Source: an uncultured Fibrobacterales bacterium (lineage in GTDB: Bacteria > Fibrobacterota > Fibrobacteria > Fibrobacterales > CAWVXU01). Taken from it: 64,000 bases of DNA. Both the position numbers and the translations under genes were made by a program. The stretch spans positions 29,094 to 93,093 of the forward strand of contig CAWVXU010000002.1 of assembly GCA_963934255.1 (NCBI GenBank), read 5' to 3'. The stretch's first letter is position 1. Each line of letters opens with the position of its first letter. Positions 7,847-18,559 of this stretch are shown in pieces. The notes below the pieces were generated by a model. The model had not been told where the DNA came from. It saw nothing but the letters and a program-made list of their open reading frames with translations, and made no database searches.

Positions 7847-10390
7847 CTAAAAGTAATACTCAAATGACAAGAGCAGTGGGAAAAATGGGAACTGTGCTGT
7901 CGTTTGGCGCTTGGGTGGGTTTGTTTGAGTGTAGTTATAACTAAGAACGTTTTCATTATTGGTGATATTAAGAATCGTCCAAGAGAAATTCCATTTATTA
8001 TATCGACCCATGTCGATAATTTTAATGTCCCATCGGAAATAATCTGGGTACCTTGTTTCATTCCGTCCATCATAAGGAGTCGCTATGTTACCTTCAAGGA
8101 CTGGATTAGGGCCACCTGCGCGTTCACCTCCTCCTTGGTCAACGCCGTGAGTTTTATAATATCCGGTCACCCCCGTAAATGGCAAGCCACTGGTCCAAGA
8201 CAGTCCCGTAGAACTTCTTAAATAACGACCCTTTTCCTTATGAGTCCATATCGATTCAGATTGTTTACCTTTCCAATTCAAAGATAAATCAGTTTTAACA
8301 GAATGGGGTTTGTCCCAATTAGCAGGGAAAACTTCATTATTTTCATTGAGAACTGAATAACCATAAGAATAACTGATTCCACCATATACAATTCCTGCTG
8401 GTTTTCTAAAACTCAACTCCAAACCATAGCTGTAGCCCTCGCTTTTTTCAAAGGATTGGCCAAGCTTTGCATTGACATTCGTGAGGACTGAATCCGGTTG
8501 CGAGTTAGGATCATAAGAAATTAAATTGTTCAATGTTTTATAATAAACCTCTGCATCCCAGTTGTATTTGTCCAGCAATTTTTCTTCAGAGAAACCCAAA
8601 CTAAATAAAATTGAATTTGAAGGTTCAATTGTTTTACCTGGGACTTTTTTACTTGGATAATAAAATTCATTAATACTTTCAAAGTTGGAAAACAAAATAG
8701 AATTCACGTATTGGTAATACTTACCTACATGAAAATCAATCTTTCGATTTCTATCAATAGCATATGTCGTTGAAATCCTTGGCTCATAGGTCCATGCATC
8801 AAGAAGATCTTGGTAGTTCACTCTGAGTCCTGGTTGGAAAAACCAATTGCCTAGACGAATTTGATTTTGAATAAATGGTGAGGACAAGCTGTACATGCCT
8901 TCATCGCGGCTATTGATATCGTTGGCTAAAATTTCTCGTCCAAAATACGCATCAGTCCATCGTTGCTCAACTCCTATTGTCCAGTTCTGATTAGTCATGG
9001 CTGAGTATTCAAACTTGGTTTTTACTGTATGGGTTTCTATACCATTGACAATCTGAAAAATTTCACCTAATGCAAAAACTTGTCCGAATTGCGAGTATGC
9101 ATAATTGGCTTGCAATTTCCAATCATCATTAATTTTTTTCCAATAGTTGACCGGATAAACTTGATTGCCCCAAGTCACTTTAAAAACATCAAAATCAAGA
9201 GTGTCGCCACCTACGTAACCCGACACCATAATTTTTTCATCTCCACTAGGTTGCCATACAATATTTCCTTGTAAATCAGTAAAACGATAATTTAATTCAA
9301 TGTCGCTAATTCCTACCTCTGCAAGTGCCTCAAGGGTTTCTTTGATATAGGTTTGTCTATAAGCAAATAACCAACTAAATTCATCTTGTTTGCCTTCAGT
9401 ATGAAGCTGAGTCGCAAAGGTCGACACTTTGATAGAACTGTTCACAAACCAGGCATCTTCTTTTTTGTCAGCGCCTTGACGGGATTTCAGATCAAGTACC
9501 GAAGACAGCCTATTGCCAAATTCAGGTGTAAAGCCACCTTTATAAAAATTCACATCATCAAGACCTTCCACCAAAAAAGTGGAGAAAAGTCCGAAGAAAT
9601 GCACTGGACTATAAACTACGCCATTATCAAATAAAAATAAATTTTGATCGGCACCTCCGCCGCGAACATAAATTTTTGAACTAAAGTCACTGGAGGCAAC
9701 TACCCCCGGTAATGCTTGTATTGCTTTTATGACATCCGCTTCAGCGAGCGCTGGCATCCTCTTGATAGATTTAGCAGAAACCGTAGACTGCCCAAGTGCT
9801 CTTTTGGGTCTACGTTTGACACGAACAACTACTTTTTTGAGCTGGGTAGATTTACTGATAGTTTCAGCAGAGCTAGTGGGCTCAATTATGGTCGATGTAT
9901 CAACTTCCATCTTTTGCAAATTGAGTTTTGATAAATCAGCAAGCTTAGAGAAAACCTTGACTTTGTTGTATTCAGATAATTCAGCGTTAAACTTCCGACC
10001 CATTTTACCAAAAGCCTGAGAATCTGAGGAGCCTGGCTGATATTCGGGATACACTATACTATAACACTCTTGAACCTTCTCTTGGCTGGCACAAATTGTC
10101 CAATTTTCATCTTCTGGTAATACTAAACTCAGACGTTCATTTGGGTTTGTCGCCGCACTTGGAATACTCGTTAATGATTCGCCCGATTCTATCACTTCGA
10201 AGACTATTTCTTGCTCTGAATTAAATGTAGAGTCTTCTAGGACAAAAAACACTTGGAATGGTGGGGGGGGAATAGCCGCAGGAGCTGGTGCCACATCCTC
10301 TTGAGGAACCAAGCTTGAACAGGCTGTCAAAACAAAAATAGCCGCTATATAAATAGCGCTAAAGCTTGATTTGACCTTAAAAAATTGCAA
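7847..10390 (-). CDS. TonB-dependent outer-membrane receptor
   Basis: Plug DVIKAIQALPGV...YVRGGGADQNLFLFDN, FYKGGFTPEFGNRLSSVLD; C-terminal Phe. Confidence 0.92.
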   Translation of the reverse strand: MQFFKVKSSFSAIYIAAIFVLTACSSLVPQEDVAPAPAAIPPPPFQVFFVLEDSTFNSEQEIVFEVIESGESLTSIPSAATNPNERLSLVLPEDENWTICASQEKVQECYSIVYPEYQPGSSDSQAFGKMGRKFNAELSEYNKVKVFSKLADLSKLNLQKMEVDTSTIIEPTSSAETISKSTQLKKVVVRVKRRPKRALGQSTVSAKSIKRMPALAEADVIKAIQALPGVVASSDFSSKIYVRGGGADQNLFLFDNGVVYSPVHFFGLFSTFLVEGLDDVNFYKGGFTPEFGNRLSSVLDLKSRQGADKKEDAWFVNSSIKVSTFATQLHTEGKQDEFSWLFAYRQTYIKETLEALAEVGISDIELNYRFTDLQGNIVWQPSGDEKIMVSGYVGGDTLDFDVFKVTWGNQVYPVNYWKKINDDWKLQANYAYSQFGQVFALGEIFQIVNGIETHTVKTKFEYSAMTNQNWTIGVEQRWTDAYFGREILANDINSRDEGMYSLSSPFIQNQIRLGNWFFQPGLRVNYQDLLDAWTYEPRISTTYAIDRNRKIDFHVGKYYQYVNSILFSNFESINEFYYPSKKVPGKTIEPSNSILFSLGFSEEKLLDKYNWDAEVYYKTLNNLISYDPNSQPDSVLTNVNAKLGQSFEKSEGYSYGLELSFRKPAGIVYGGISYSYGYSVLNENNEVFPANWDKPHSVKTDLSLNWKGKQSESIWTHKEKGRYLRSSTGLSWTSGLPFTGVTGYYKTHGVDQGGGERAGGPNPVLEGNIATPYDGRNETRYPDYFRWDIKIIDMGRYNKWNFSWTILNITNNENVLSYNYTQTNPPKRQTTAQFPFFPLLLSFEYYF

Positions 10391-10632
10391 ATGACTCCCC
10401 TAGAACTCGCACGCGAACAAAATTTATGCAAAAAACTCACACCGCACAAATGTATGAAACTCGGTCGAAATCAGCTTATATTCAAGTAAAGTTCGTGACG
10501 AATAGGTTCAAAACACCGATAAAATGCTCTTTTAAAATAGACGCACTCTTTGTTTGAGAGAATCGCTCGTTTTTTCTAGTTTTGGTGAGATTTAGGCGGA
10601 AAATCCCACTACTTAAGATTGGATCAGATATT

Positions 10633-13600
10633 ATGGCAAAACGCGAGGATCTCAAAAAAATTCTTATCATCGGCTCAGGACCCATTGTAATTGGCCAAGC
10701 TTGTGAATTTGACTACTCAGGAACTCAAGCATGTAAGTCTCTCAGAGAAGAAGGTTACGAAGTTGTACTAGTCAACTCTAACCCTGCAACTATCATGACT
10801 GATCCAGAGACTGCAGAAGCAGTTTATATTGAACCTATCACTCCATCAGCTGTTGAGAAAATCATCGCCAAAGAACGCCCTTGTGCTCTTTTGCCGACTC
10901 TCGGTGGTCAAACTGCTCTTAACTGTGCACTTGAACTTGCAGACCTTGGTATCCTTGAGAAATACAATGTAGAGATGATTGGTGTCAATCCAGCCTCTAT
11001 TCGTAAAGCTGAGTCTCGTGAAGAGTTCCGCGAAGCAATGGATAAAATTGGTCTTGAAAGCGCTATTTCTGAAGTGGTGAGAAACGAAGAAGATGCCAAA
11101 AAAGCATTCGGCATTATTGGCTTGCCTGCAGTGATTCGCCCCGCATTTACTCTAGGTGGCGCAGGTTCAGGCTTTGCATACACTGAAGAAGAATACTGGA
11201 ACGTTGTTCGTCATGGCTTAGACCTTTCCCCTACCAATGAAGTTCTTGTAGAAGAATCTATCGTCGGGTGGAAAGAGTATGAGATGGAAGTCATGCGTGA
11301 CAAAAAAGATAACTGTGTCATTATCTGCTCTATCGAAAATGTTGACGCTATGGGTATACACACGGGTGATTCAATCACTGTTGCACCTATCCAAACATTA
11401 ACTGACAAAGAATACCAGCGCATGCGCAACGCATCACTTGCTTGTCTTCGTGAGATTGGTGTTGAAACGGGTGGATCAAACGTTCAGTTTGCAACCAACC
11501 CAAAAGATGGTCGTATGGTCATCATCGAAATGAACCCTCGTGTATCTCGCTCTTCTGCTCTTGCATCTAAAGCAACTGGTTTCCCAATCGCCAAAATTGC
11601 TGCCAAACTCGCCGTTGGTTATACCCTAGATGAGATTCAAAATGATATTACTAAAGAAACTCCTGCGTGTTTCGAGCCGACCATTGACTATGTAGTGACC
11701 AAGATACCTCGTTTTACTTTTGAAAAATTCCCTCAAGCCGAAAACAACCTTGGAACTCAGATGAAATCTGTAGGTGAAGCTATGGCCATGGGGCGTACAT
11801 TTAAAGAGTCTTTACAAAAAGCGATGCGCTCTTTAGAAGATGGCCGATCAGGACTTGGCTCCGATGGCAAAGACAATATTAAAGAAGAAGACATCTTTGA
11901 TATCATCACTAAGACTCGTCCCAAAACCGATCGTCTTTTTTATGTAAAAGCTGCTTTTGAATTTGGTTGGTCACTTGAAAAAGTTCAAGATGTTTGTGGA
12001 ATTGACCCTTGGTTCCTTAACCACATCCTTGAGATGGTAGAGTTTGAAAAAGCTGAACTTAAAGGTAAAGCCTTAAACAGTATCTCTCTTGAAATTTTCA
12101 AAAAAACCAAAGAGATGGGCTATAGTGATATACAGATTGCTTTTTTAACGGGAAGCACCGAATCTGAAACAACTACTCGTCGTAAAGAACTAGAGCTGAC
12201 CCCAGTCTACAAAACAGTCGACACTTGTGCTGCTGAATTTGAAGCCATGACTCCTTATCACTACTCTACATATGATGAAGAAAATGAATCAATTCGCACT
12301 GACCGTAAAAAGGTCCTTATCTTAGGTGGCGGGCCTAACCGCATCGGCCAGGGAATTGAGTTTGATTACTGTTGTGTTCATGCATCTTATGCTCTTCAAG
12401 AAGAAGGTATAGAAGCGATCATGGTCAACTCTAATCCAGAGACCGTCTCTACTGACTATGACACCTCAGACAAGCTTTATTTTGAGCCTCTGACTAAAGA
12501 AGACGTACTAGCGATTGTGGATCAAGAAGAACCTGATGGTATTATCCTGCAGTTCGGTGGACAAACTCCACTCAAACTTGCTCAAGCTTTAGAAGACTAT
12601 GGCGCTAAAGTCATCGGTACTTCACCTAAGTCAATCGACCTTGCAGAAGACCGTGAGCTCTTTGCTGAGCTTGTTGAAACTCTGGGGTACAAGCAACCTC
12701 CAAATGGTATCGCCAAGAATATTGATGAAGCACTTTCTGCAGCCAACCGTATTGGTTATCCTGTGCTTGTCCGTCCTTCATTTGTGCTTGGTGGTCGCGC
12801 AATGATGATTGTCTACGGTGAAGACGAACTCAGAAAATACCTACAAGAAGCTGTGACTGCATCTGACGAAAAACCTGTTCTTATCGACAAGTTCTTAGAA
12901 GATGCGATTGAAGTAGATGTGGATTGTATCTCTGATGGAACAACAGCAGTAGTTGCAGGTATTATGCAGCACATTGAAGAAGCAGGAATTCACTCAGGTG
13001 ACTCTGCTTGTGTACTTCCTTCTATTAGTCTTTCGGATAAAATCATTGAAACTATCACCACTCAGACTAAAGGCTTTGCTAAAGCTTTAAATGTTGTTGG
13101 ATTGATGAATATTCAATATGCAGTCAAAGACGAAGAGCTTTATATTATTGAAGTGAACCCTCGTGCATCTCGTACAGTTCCATTTGTTTCAAAAGCAATC
13201 GGCGTGCCTCTTGCTAAACTTGCGACTAAAGTGATGGTCGGTAAAACTCTACAAGAGCTTGGATTTACAGAGCGCATTATTCCAAAGCATTTCTCAGTCA
13301 AAGAATCCGTTTTCCCATTTGCTAAATTCCCAGGTGTAGATACTTTACTTTCACCTGAGATGAAATCAACAGGTGAAGTCATGGGTATCGGACCTGACTT
13401 TGGAACTGCATTTGCAAAAGCCCAAGAAGGGGCAAGTGCGACTCTTCCTAAATCAGGCTCAGTCTTTGTCTCAGTCAATGATCGCGATAAAGAGCGTGTC
13501 ATCCCTACTGTAAAAAAATTAGTTGAGCAAGGCTTCAGAGTCTACGCAACTAAAGGCACAGCAGGCTTGCTTCTTGATAATGGCATCAGCTCAACTTTAA

Positions 13601-13848
13601 CTCATAAAGTTTCTGAAGGTTCGCCTAATGCGCTTGACCTGATGAATAACAAAGAAATAGATTTCTTAATAAATACTCCACTAGGCAAAAGTGCTCAAGT
13701 AGATGACACAATCATTCGTAAATCTGCTTTAACTAACCATATCCCATACACCACTACTTTAGCCGCCGCAAGTGCTGCAGCAGCTGCGATTGAGTCGCTC
13801 AAAGAAAATGGTGAGGATGTGTGCTCAATTCAAGAGTATCATAAATAA
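10633..13848 (+). CDS. carB: Carbamoyl-phosphate synthase large subunit
   Basis: [30 protein letters not shown]; duplicated ATP-grasp halves; C-terminal MGS domain. Confidence 0.98.
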   Translation: MAKREDLKKILIIGSGPIVIGQACEFDYSGTQACKSLREEGYEVVLVNSNPATIMTDPETAEAVYIEPITPSAVEKIIAKERPCALLPTLGGQTALNCALELADLGILEKYNVEMIGVNPASIRKAESREEFREAMDKIGLESAISEVVRNEEDAKKAFGIIGLPAVIRPAFTLGGAGSGFAYTEEEYWNVVRHGLDLSPTNEVLVEESIVGWKEYEMEVMRDKKDNCVIICSIENVDAMGIHTGDSITVAPIQTLTDKEYQRMRNASLACLREIGVETGGSNVQFATNPKDGRMVIIEMNPRVSRSSALASKATGFPIAKIAAKLAVGYTLDEIQNDITKETPACFEPTIDYVVTKIPRFTFEKFPQAENNLGTQMKSVGEAMAMGRTFKESLQKAMRSLEDGRSGLGSDGKDNIKEEDIFDIITKTRPKTDRLFYVKAAFEFGWSLEKVQDVCGIDPWFLNHILEMVEFEKAELKGKALNSISLEIFKKTKEMGYSDIQIAFLTGSTESETTTRRKELELTPVYKTVDTCAAEFEAMTPYHYSTYDEENESIRTDRKKVLILGGGPNRIGQGIEFDYCCVHASYALQEEGIEAIMVNSNPETVSTDYDTSDKLYFEPLTKEDVLAIVDQEEPDGIILQFGGQTPLKLAQALEDYGAKVIGTSPKSIDLAEDRELFAELVETLGYKQPPNGIAKNIDEALSAANRIGYPVLVRPSFVLGGRAMMIVYGEDELRKYLQEAVTASDEKPVLIDKFLEDAIEVDVDCISDGTTAVVAGIMQHIEEAGIHSGDSACVLPSISLSDKIIETITTQTKGFAKALNVVGLMNIQYAVKDEELYIIEVNPRASRTVPFVSKAIGVPLAKLATKVMVGKTLQELGFTERIIPKHFSVKESVFPFAKFPGVDTLLSPEMKSTGEVMGIGPDFGTAFAKAQEGASATLPKSGSVFVSVNDRDKERVIPTVKKLVEQGFRVYATKGTAGLLLDNGISSTLTHKVSEGSPNALDLMNNKEIDFLINTPLGKSAQVDDTIIRKSALTNHIPYTTTLAAASAAAAAIESLKENGEDVCSIQEYHK

Positions 13849-13864
13849 GACCTCAAATAAAACT

Positions 13865-13898
13865 CTACAAGCCTCGCATTAGCGAGGTTTTGTAGTTT
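13865..13898 (+). terminator. Putative intrinsic terminator after carB
   Basis: CTACAAGCCTCGC-ATTA-GCGAGGTTTTGTAG hairpin then TTT. Confidence 0.7.
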
Positions 13899-13963
13899 AA
13901 TCTTGTTTGCTATACAAAACAAGACGTAATCCATTATCTACAGCCCACCCTCTGAGGATCTTC

Positions 13964-15859
13964 ATGTTTAAACTTCGATCACTAGCGCTTTTGAGTATTG
14001 CACTATTTGTGTTATCGGGTTGTACATGTTGTCTCTATCTCAATCACTATTATAACGTAGAGAAATATTTTGACAAAGCTGTAAACTTAAAGAAAGAACG
14101 TCTTGAGATGAATCCTCAAGATAGCGCCTGGGTGAATAATGATGAAAAAGCCAGCCTGAATAAAGCGATTGAAAAATGTTCTGCCATTCTTGAACGATGG
14201 CCCAACGAAGCTCAATATAAACCAAAAGTTTTGTTTGTTATGGGTGAGTCATTTCTTAAGCTGGGAAGCTGGGTACCTGCTATCCAAAAGTATGATGAAT
14301 ACTTAAAGTACTTCCCTGAAGGTGAGCAAATCCCAACTGTTAACTTTAACAAAGCATTTGCTCTAGCGCGTTCAGGTAAGCCTTCTCTTGCAAAATTTGC
14401 TTTGCAGCCTATTTTGGCTGACAATCAACATATGTGGCATTCTCAAGCTTTGGCTCTGATGGCTAAACTCCAACTCAGTAATGACAATCCAGAAAGTGCT
14501 ATTGAGACTTTAGAAGCACTACTCAAATTAAAAGATGGTAATCCAAGACTTCGTGCACAAGCCCTCTTCCAACTTGGCGGTCTTTATTTCAGTATCAAGA
14601 AGTATGACAAATCTAGAGAACGATATAAAAATCCAGAAATAGAGATTCTAGGGAATTCTGTACATTACAAAGCTCTCTTTAGCGGCGCCAAATCAGCCTA
14701 TGTAGCCAAGCAATATTCACTTGCGATACAGGACCTTCAAGATATTCTCTCAGAAAAAAAATTCCAAAATCAAAAGGTTTCTACTCAACTCACACTGGCT
14801 CATTACTTAATAGTCAATCAAGAATATAGCCAAGGTTTAGAAATCCTTCACACAATTAAAATTGAACATGCTAAATCTGGTGTTGCAGCGGAGGCTTACT
14901 ATTGGATAGGTGATTATTACGAAATTCATAAAACTAATTACCAAAATGCGATGCTCAATTATGATTCGTCGCAAAGTTCAGAGCCCAAAAGCATCTATGG
15001 TGTCAAGTCTGCCGAGAAGTTAAAAACTTTAAAAAAGCTGACCGCCTGGCATCATGGCAAATCTCACGCAACCACAAGTTCATCTCAAAATTTCCAGATC
15101 GCTGAATTATTTCTTTTTGAACTTGGACAAACTGATAGTGCACTGAACATACTTGCCGGCATGGTCCATCAAAAAAATCAACTGCCAACTGTAAGGATGA
15201 AGGCAGCTTATGCACAAGCCTTTATTACCGATGAATTTACAGATAATAAAAAGTCATCCGACTCACTCTACCAGTGGATTATTCAAGAATTCCCAAAAAG
15301 TACTTACGCAAAGCAATCACAAAAAAATCTCGGGTTGAAAGTCACTGTTCAAACCAATGATGACTTAGCTAAAGCTCAATACCTTATTGCCGAGAAAGCT
15401 TACGACAATCTTCAATCACAATCCATGATACAAGAAGTAGTTTTTGACTCTTTAGAAGCTAAAGTCCTCAGTCAATTTGACTCTATTGCTCTTAAATTCC
15501 CACTAACTCAAGAGGCTCCTCGTGCTTTGTTTTTCAAAGCTCATCTCTATGAAAACCAACACTTCGACCGAATCAATGCAAAGATTCAGTACCAATCTGT
15601 TTTAGATCAATATCCAGATACTCCTTGGGGTGAGCGCGCCGCTGAAAAACTCTCTGGGAAATTAACGGAACTGACTCCAGCTAAGATGACTCTGATTCGC
15701 CAAGGTTATAAAAACTCCATCACTTCCTTTGACCGCCGCTTGGTTCAAATCAAAAATCGACGCCGAGCTACTATTGAAAGACAAGAGCGCAAAGAGAAAG
15801 CCGAAGAGCAAGAACAACTTCTTTGGGATTACAATGACATGTATGATGTCGAAAATTAA
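13964..15859 (+). CDS. TPR-repeat lipoprotein
   Basis: Lipobox LSGC after ATG 13964; repeated 'Y/FP.S..A' TPR-type helices. Confidence 0.8.
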   Translation: MFKLRSLALLSIALFVLSGCTCCLYLNHYYNVEKYFDKAVNLKKERLEMNPQDSAWVNNDEKASLNKAIEKCSAILERWPNEAQYKPKVLFVMGESFLKLGSWVPAIQKYDEYLKYFPEGEQIPTVNFNKAFALARSGKPSLAKFALQPILADNQHMWHSQALALMAKLQLSNDNPESAIETLEALLKLKDGNPRLRAQALFQLGGLYFSIKKYDKSRERYKNPEIEILGNSVHYKALFSGAKSAYVAKQYSLAIQDLQDILSEKKFQNQKVSTQLTLAHYLIVNQEYSQGLEILHTIKIEHAKSGVAAEAYYWIGDYYEIHKTNYQNAMLNYDSSQSSEPKSIYGVKSAEKLKTLKKLTAWHHGKSHATTSSSQNFQIAELFLFELGQTDSALNILAGMVHQKNQLPTVRMKAAYAQAFITDEFTDNKKSSDSLYQWIIQEFPKSTYAKQSQKNLGLKVTVQTNDDLAKAQYLIAEKAYDNLQSQSMIQEVVFDSLEAKVLSQFDSIALKFPLTQEAPRALFFKAHLYENQHFDRINAKIQYQSVLDQYPDTPWGERAAEKLSGKLTELTPAKMTLIRQGYKNSITSFDRRLVQIKNRRRATIERQERKEKAEEQEQLLWDYNDMYDVEN

Positions 15860-15866
15860 AACCCCA

Positions 15867-16352
15867 ATGTCTAAATTCATCCTCTTCTTAATCTCATTCT
15901 CTATAATGGCTTGCTCTCTATCTAAAAGTATTGCCGAGCGCAAAGGTTACAACCGTGACACAGGTTCATGGGGTCTGGGCTCCAATCACCAAGCCAAACA
16001 AAGTACTAATAGCAAGACAAGTACAAAACAATCTCAAGCGCCCACCATTGTCCCTACATCCGGTTCTTTTCGCGGACATATCAGTTACTATGGTCCAGGT
16101 TTTGATGGCAAAAAAACAGCTAGTGGTGAAATATATGATCAAATGGACATGACCTGTGCCCATAAGGAACTCCCTTTTGGAACCCAACTCAAAATAACTC
16201 TGATTGAAACCGGCCGCAGTGTTGAAGTTCGAGTCAATGACCGAGGACCATATATTAAAGGCCGCCTAGTGGATGTATCAGTAGCTGCTGCAAGAGAGCT
16301 TGGGCTTGAGAAGCTCGGTGTCGGTGAAGCACAGGTTGAAATCATCAAGTAA
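15867..16352 (+). CDS. rlpA: RlpA-family lytic transglycosylase lipoprotein
   Basis: Lipobox IMAC; SYYGPGFDGKKTASGE, AHKELPFGT, VRVNDRGPY. Confidence 0.92.
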   Translation: MSKFILFLISFSIMACSLSKSIAERKGYNRDTGSWGLGSNHQAKQSTNSKTSTKQSQAPTIVPTSGSFRGHISYYGPGFDGKKTASGEIYDQMDMTCAHKELPFGTQLKITLIETGRSVEVRVNDRGPYIKGRLVDVSVAAARELGLEKLGVGEAQVEIIK

Positions 16353-16455
16353 AGTGCATCCACTTTTTTAATTTAATGACTTTGCGCCCCCAAAAGAGTC
16401 CAGTTTAAATATTTTTGTAACACTACACTGTTGATCGCCATAAAAGGAATACTAC

Positions 16456-17178
16456 ATGCAAGAATCTTGGAATCACATCGCCGCCGCAAATTTTAAAGCT
16501 CTATCTCAAAATTCTTACCCGGGTCGCGGGATTGTCGTGGGTCAAACACCAGATGGCACCAAGATGGTACAAGTTTACTGGATCATGGGCCGTAGCTCTA
16601 ATAGCCGTAATCGCATTTTCCTTAATGATGAAAACAACCAAATGCGCACCAAAGCTTTTGATGAATCTAAACTAGAAGATCCATCGCTCATCATCTATTA
16701 CCCAATACGCTCCGAAGGCTCACAACACATTGTTTCTAATGGCGACCAAACTGACACTATTTGGGAAGCACTGAAAAATAATGGTAGCTTTGAAAGTGCG
16801 TTAAAGACTCGCCAATATGAGCCAGATGGACCTAATTATACACCGCGTATTTCAGCGCTTGTTGAAGGTGATTCTTATCAGATGTCTATTTTGAAATCAT
16901 TGATGAATACTGAAGATGCTTCTCTTCGTTATTTCTTTAATTTTTCCCAAGCAATCTCAGGCCTTGGTCATTTCTTAAGCACTTACGAAGGGGACGGCAA
17001 TCCACTTCCTTCTTTTGCTGGTGAGCCAAGACTTATGCCTTTAGACAATGACATAAGCGCCAACCTTGAGAACTATTGGAATGCTTTAAACGAAGATAAC
17101 AGAGTTTCTCTTGCCGTCAAAACAATCGACCTCAAAACGGGCGATGTTGAACTTGTGATTAAAAATACAAATCTATAA
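16456..17178 (+). CDS. IMP cyclohydrolase-like protein (PurO-type Ntn hydrolase)
   Basis: YPGRGIVVG, YWIMGRSSNSRNR, SNGDQTD, EPDGPNYTPRIS. Confidence 0.85.
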   Translation: MQESWNHIAAANFKALSQNSYPGRGIVVGQTPDGTKMVQVYWIMGRSSNSRNRIFLNDENNQMRTKAFDESKLEDPSLIIYYPIRSEGSQHIVSNGDQTDTIWEALKNNGSFESALKTRQYEPDGPNYTPRISALVEGDSYQMSILKSLMNTEDASLRYFFNFSQAISGLGHFLSTYEGDGNPLPSFAGEPRLMPLDNDISANLENYWNALNEDNRVSLAVKTIDLKTGDVELVIKNTNL

Positions 17179-17202
17179 TCATGCTCTCATGCCAACTATT
17201 CT

Positions 17203-18423
17203 TTGTACTTTAACTCGAGGTACTTTCTTAAAGTCAATGAGATTATTTTGTCAGATAAATTTACTCCAACATCACCTGAGGCATCAAATGCTCTTGAAGT
17301 ATCTCACCACGAGAATACAACTATATCAGGCAATTCTGGCAATGATGATGCTTGGGTTTATTTTACAAGTATCCCTCAAAGCGAAGCTGTCAGCATTGGC
17401 CTGCTTCTAGGGTCTCAAGGCATCATCTATATTCCTAGTTGCGAAGGGCCAAACCAAGCTCTCTTAAGCCTCAATCAAGATGACCCTGGTGAGATGGAGA
17501 AGATTAACCAAGAAATTGCAAATATCGGTGATTTCCCACCCAACTACACACCACCTAAACAGTTTCTCACCCCCTACCATCAAAAACATGGTGAAAACAA
17601 AATCGCCCTTTACCTTAGACGTCGGCATCTTTATCACGCCCACAATCAACTTTTTCTCTGGCACCAAGAAAATGTAGATTCGAATAAACCCAAAGATGAT
17701 ATCACACCGATACCTGAGCTAAGCTTGGCCCCTCTGAGCATATTACTCATTCCCGTGTTTTTTTACTTTGCCCTTCCCTTAACAGGCAACTACCCTTATC
17801 TCAAAGAGCAAGGTCTTAACAGCGCTCAAGCAGTACTCAGAGACGGCGAGTGGTGGCGACTTTGGACCGCCTTAACTCTTCACTCGGACCACAAGCACCT
17901 GATTTCCAATTTGATCTCTGGATATTTTGTCCTTAACTTACTCAGAACCCGATTTAACACTCTGAAACAACTAATCACTCTGACTTTGGTAAGTGGAATT
18001 GCGAACTTCTTTGTTGTCTACACTCATGGTTATGATGTTTATGGTGACCATCGTTCACTAGGATTTAGCACCTTTGTGTTTGCGGTACTTGGCATGCTTG
18101 CGGCTGTGGAGACACGCCTCATTTGGAAAGATAAGGATTTTAAGTTCAAGAGATTTACACCATTTACCAGTGCCTTCTTTATTGTCATTATGATGGGACT
18201 CGGTGAAGGTACAGATATCCTTGCACACGTTTATGGGTTTTTCTTTGGGCTCATCCCAGGGCTACTTACTCCGTTAAGGAAGACCAACTTTAACCCTCAT
18301 TTCAAAAACAATACCCCTTCGATCAACGCAAGCAGTACAAATTCCATCTCCATCATCCAACTTGTTACATGGGCCCTTGGGGTATCTTGGTATTTCTTAT
18401 GCTGGAAACTCATTATTGTGTAA
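17203..18423 (+). CDS. Rhomboid intramembrane serine protease with soluble N-terminal extension
   Basis: GEWWRLWTALTLH, HLISN, GFS nucleophile motif, AHVYG. Confidence 0.88.
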   Translation: MYFNSRYFLKVNEIILSDKFTPTSPEASNALEVSHHENTTISGNSGNDDAWVYFTSIPQSEAVSIGLLLGSQGIIYIPSCEGPNQALLSLNQDDPGEMEKINQEIANIGDFPPNYTPPKQFLTPYHQKHGENKIALYLRRRHLYHAHNQLFLWHQENVDSNKPKDDITPIPELSLAPLSILLIPVFFYFALPLTGNYPYLKEQGLNSAQAVLRDGEWWRLWTALTLHSDHKHLISNLISGYFVLNLLRTRFNTLKQLITLTLVSGIANFFVVYTHGYDVYGDHRSLGFSTFVFAVLGMLAAVETRLIWKDKDFKFKRFTPFTSAFFIVIMMGLGEGTDILAHVYGFFFGLIPGLLTPLRKTNFNPHFKNNTPSINASSTNSISIIQLVTWALGVSWYFLCWKLIIV

Positions 18424-18559
18424 ATACTGATATTTTGAGTAAATCATTTCATAATTCTTCAAAACCAGGCTACTTAAGTTGTTTCTGGCTTAATTACCCA
18501 CTTATTTACAAGAATAAATTCAAAAATTAATTTATGTTAATCAACAAATAATAGGAGGT

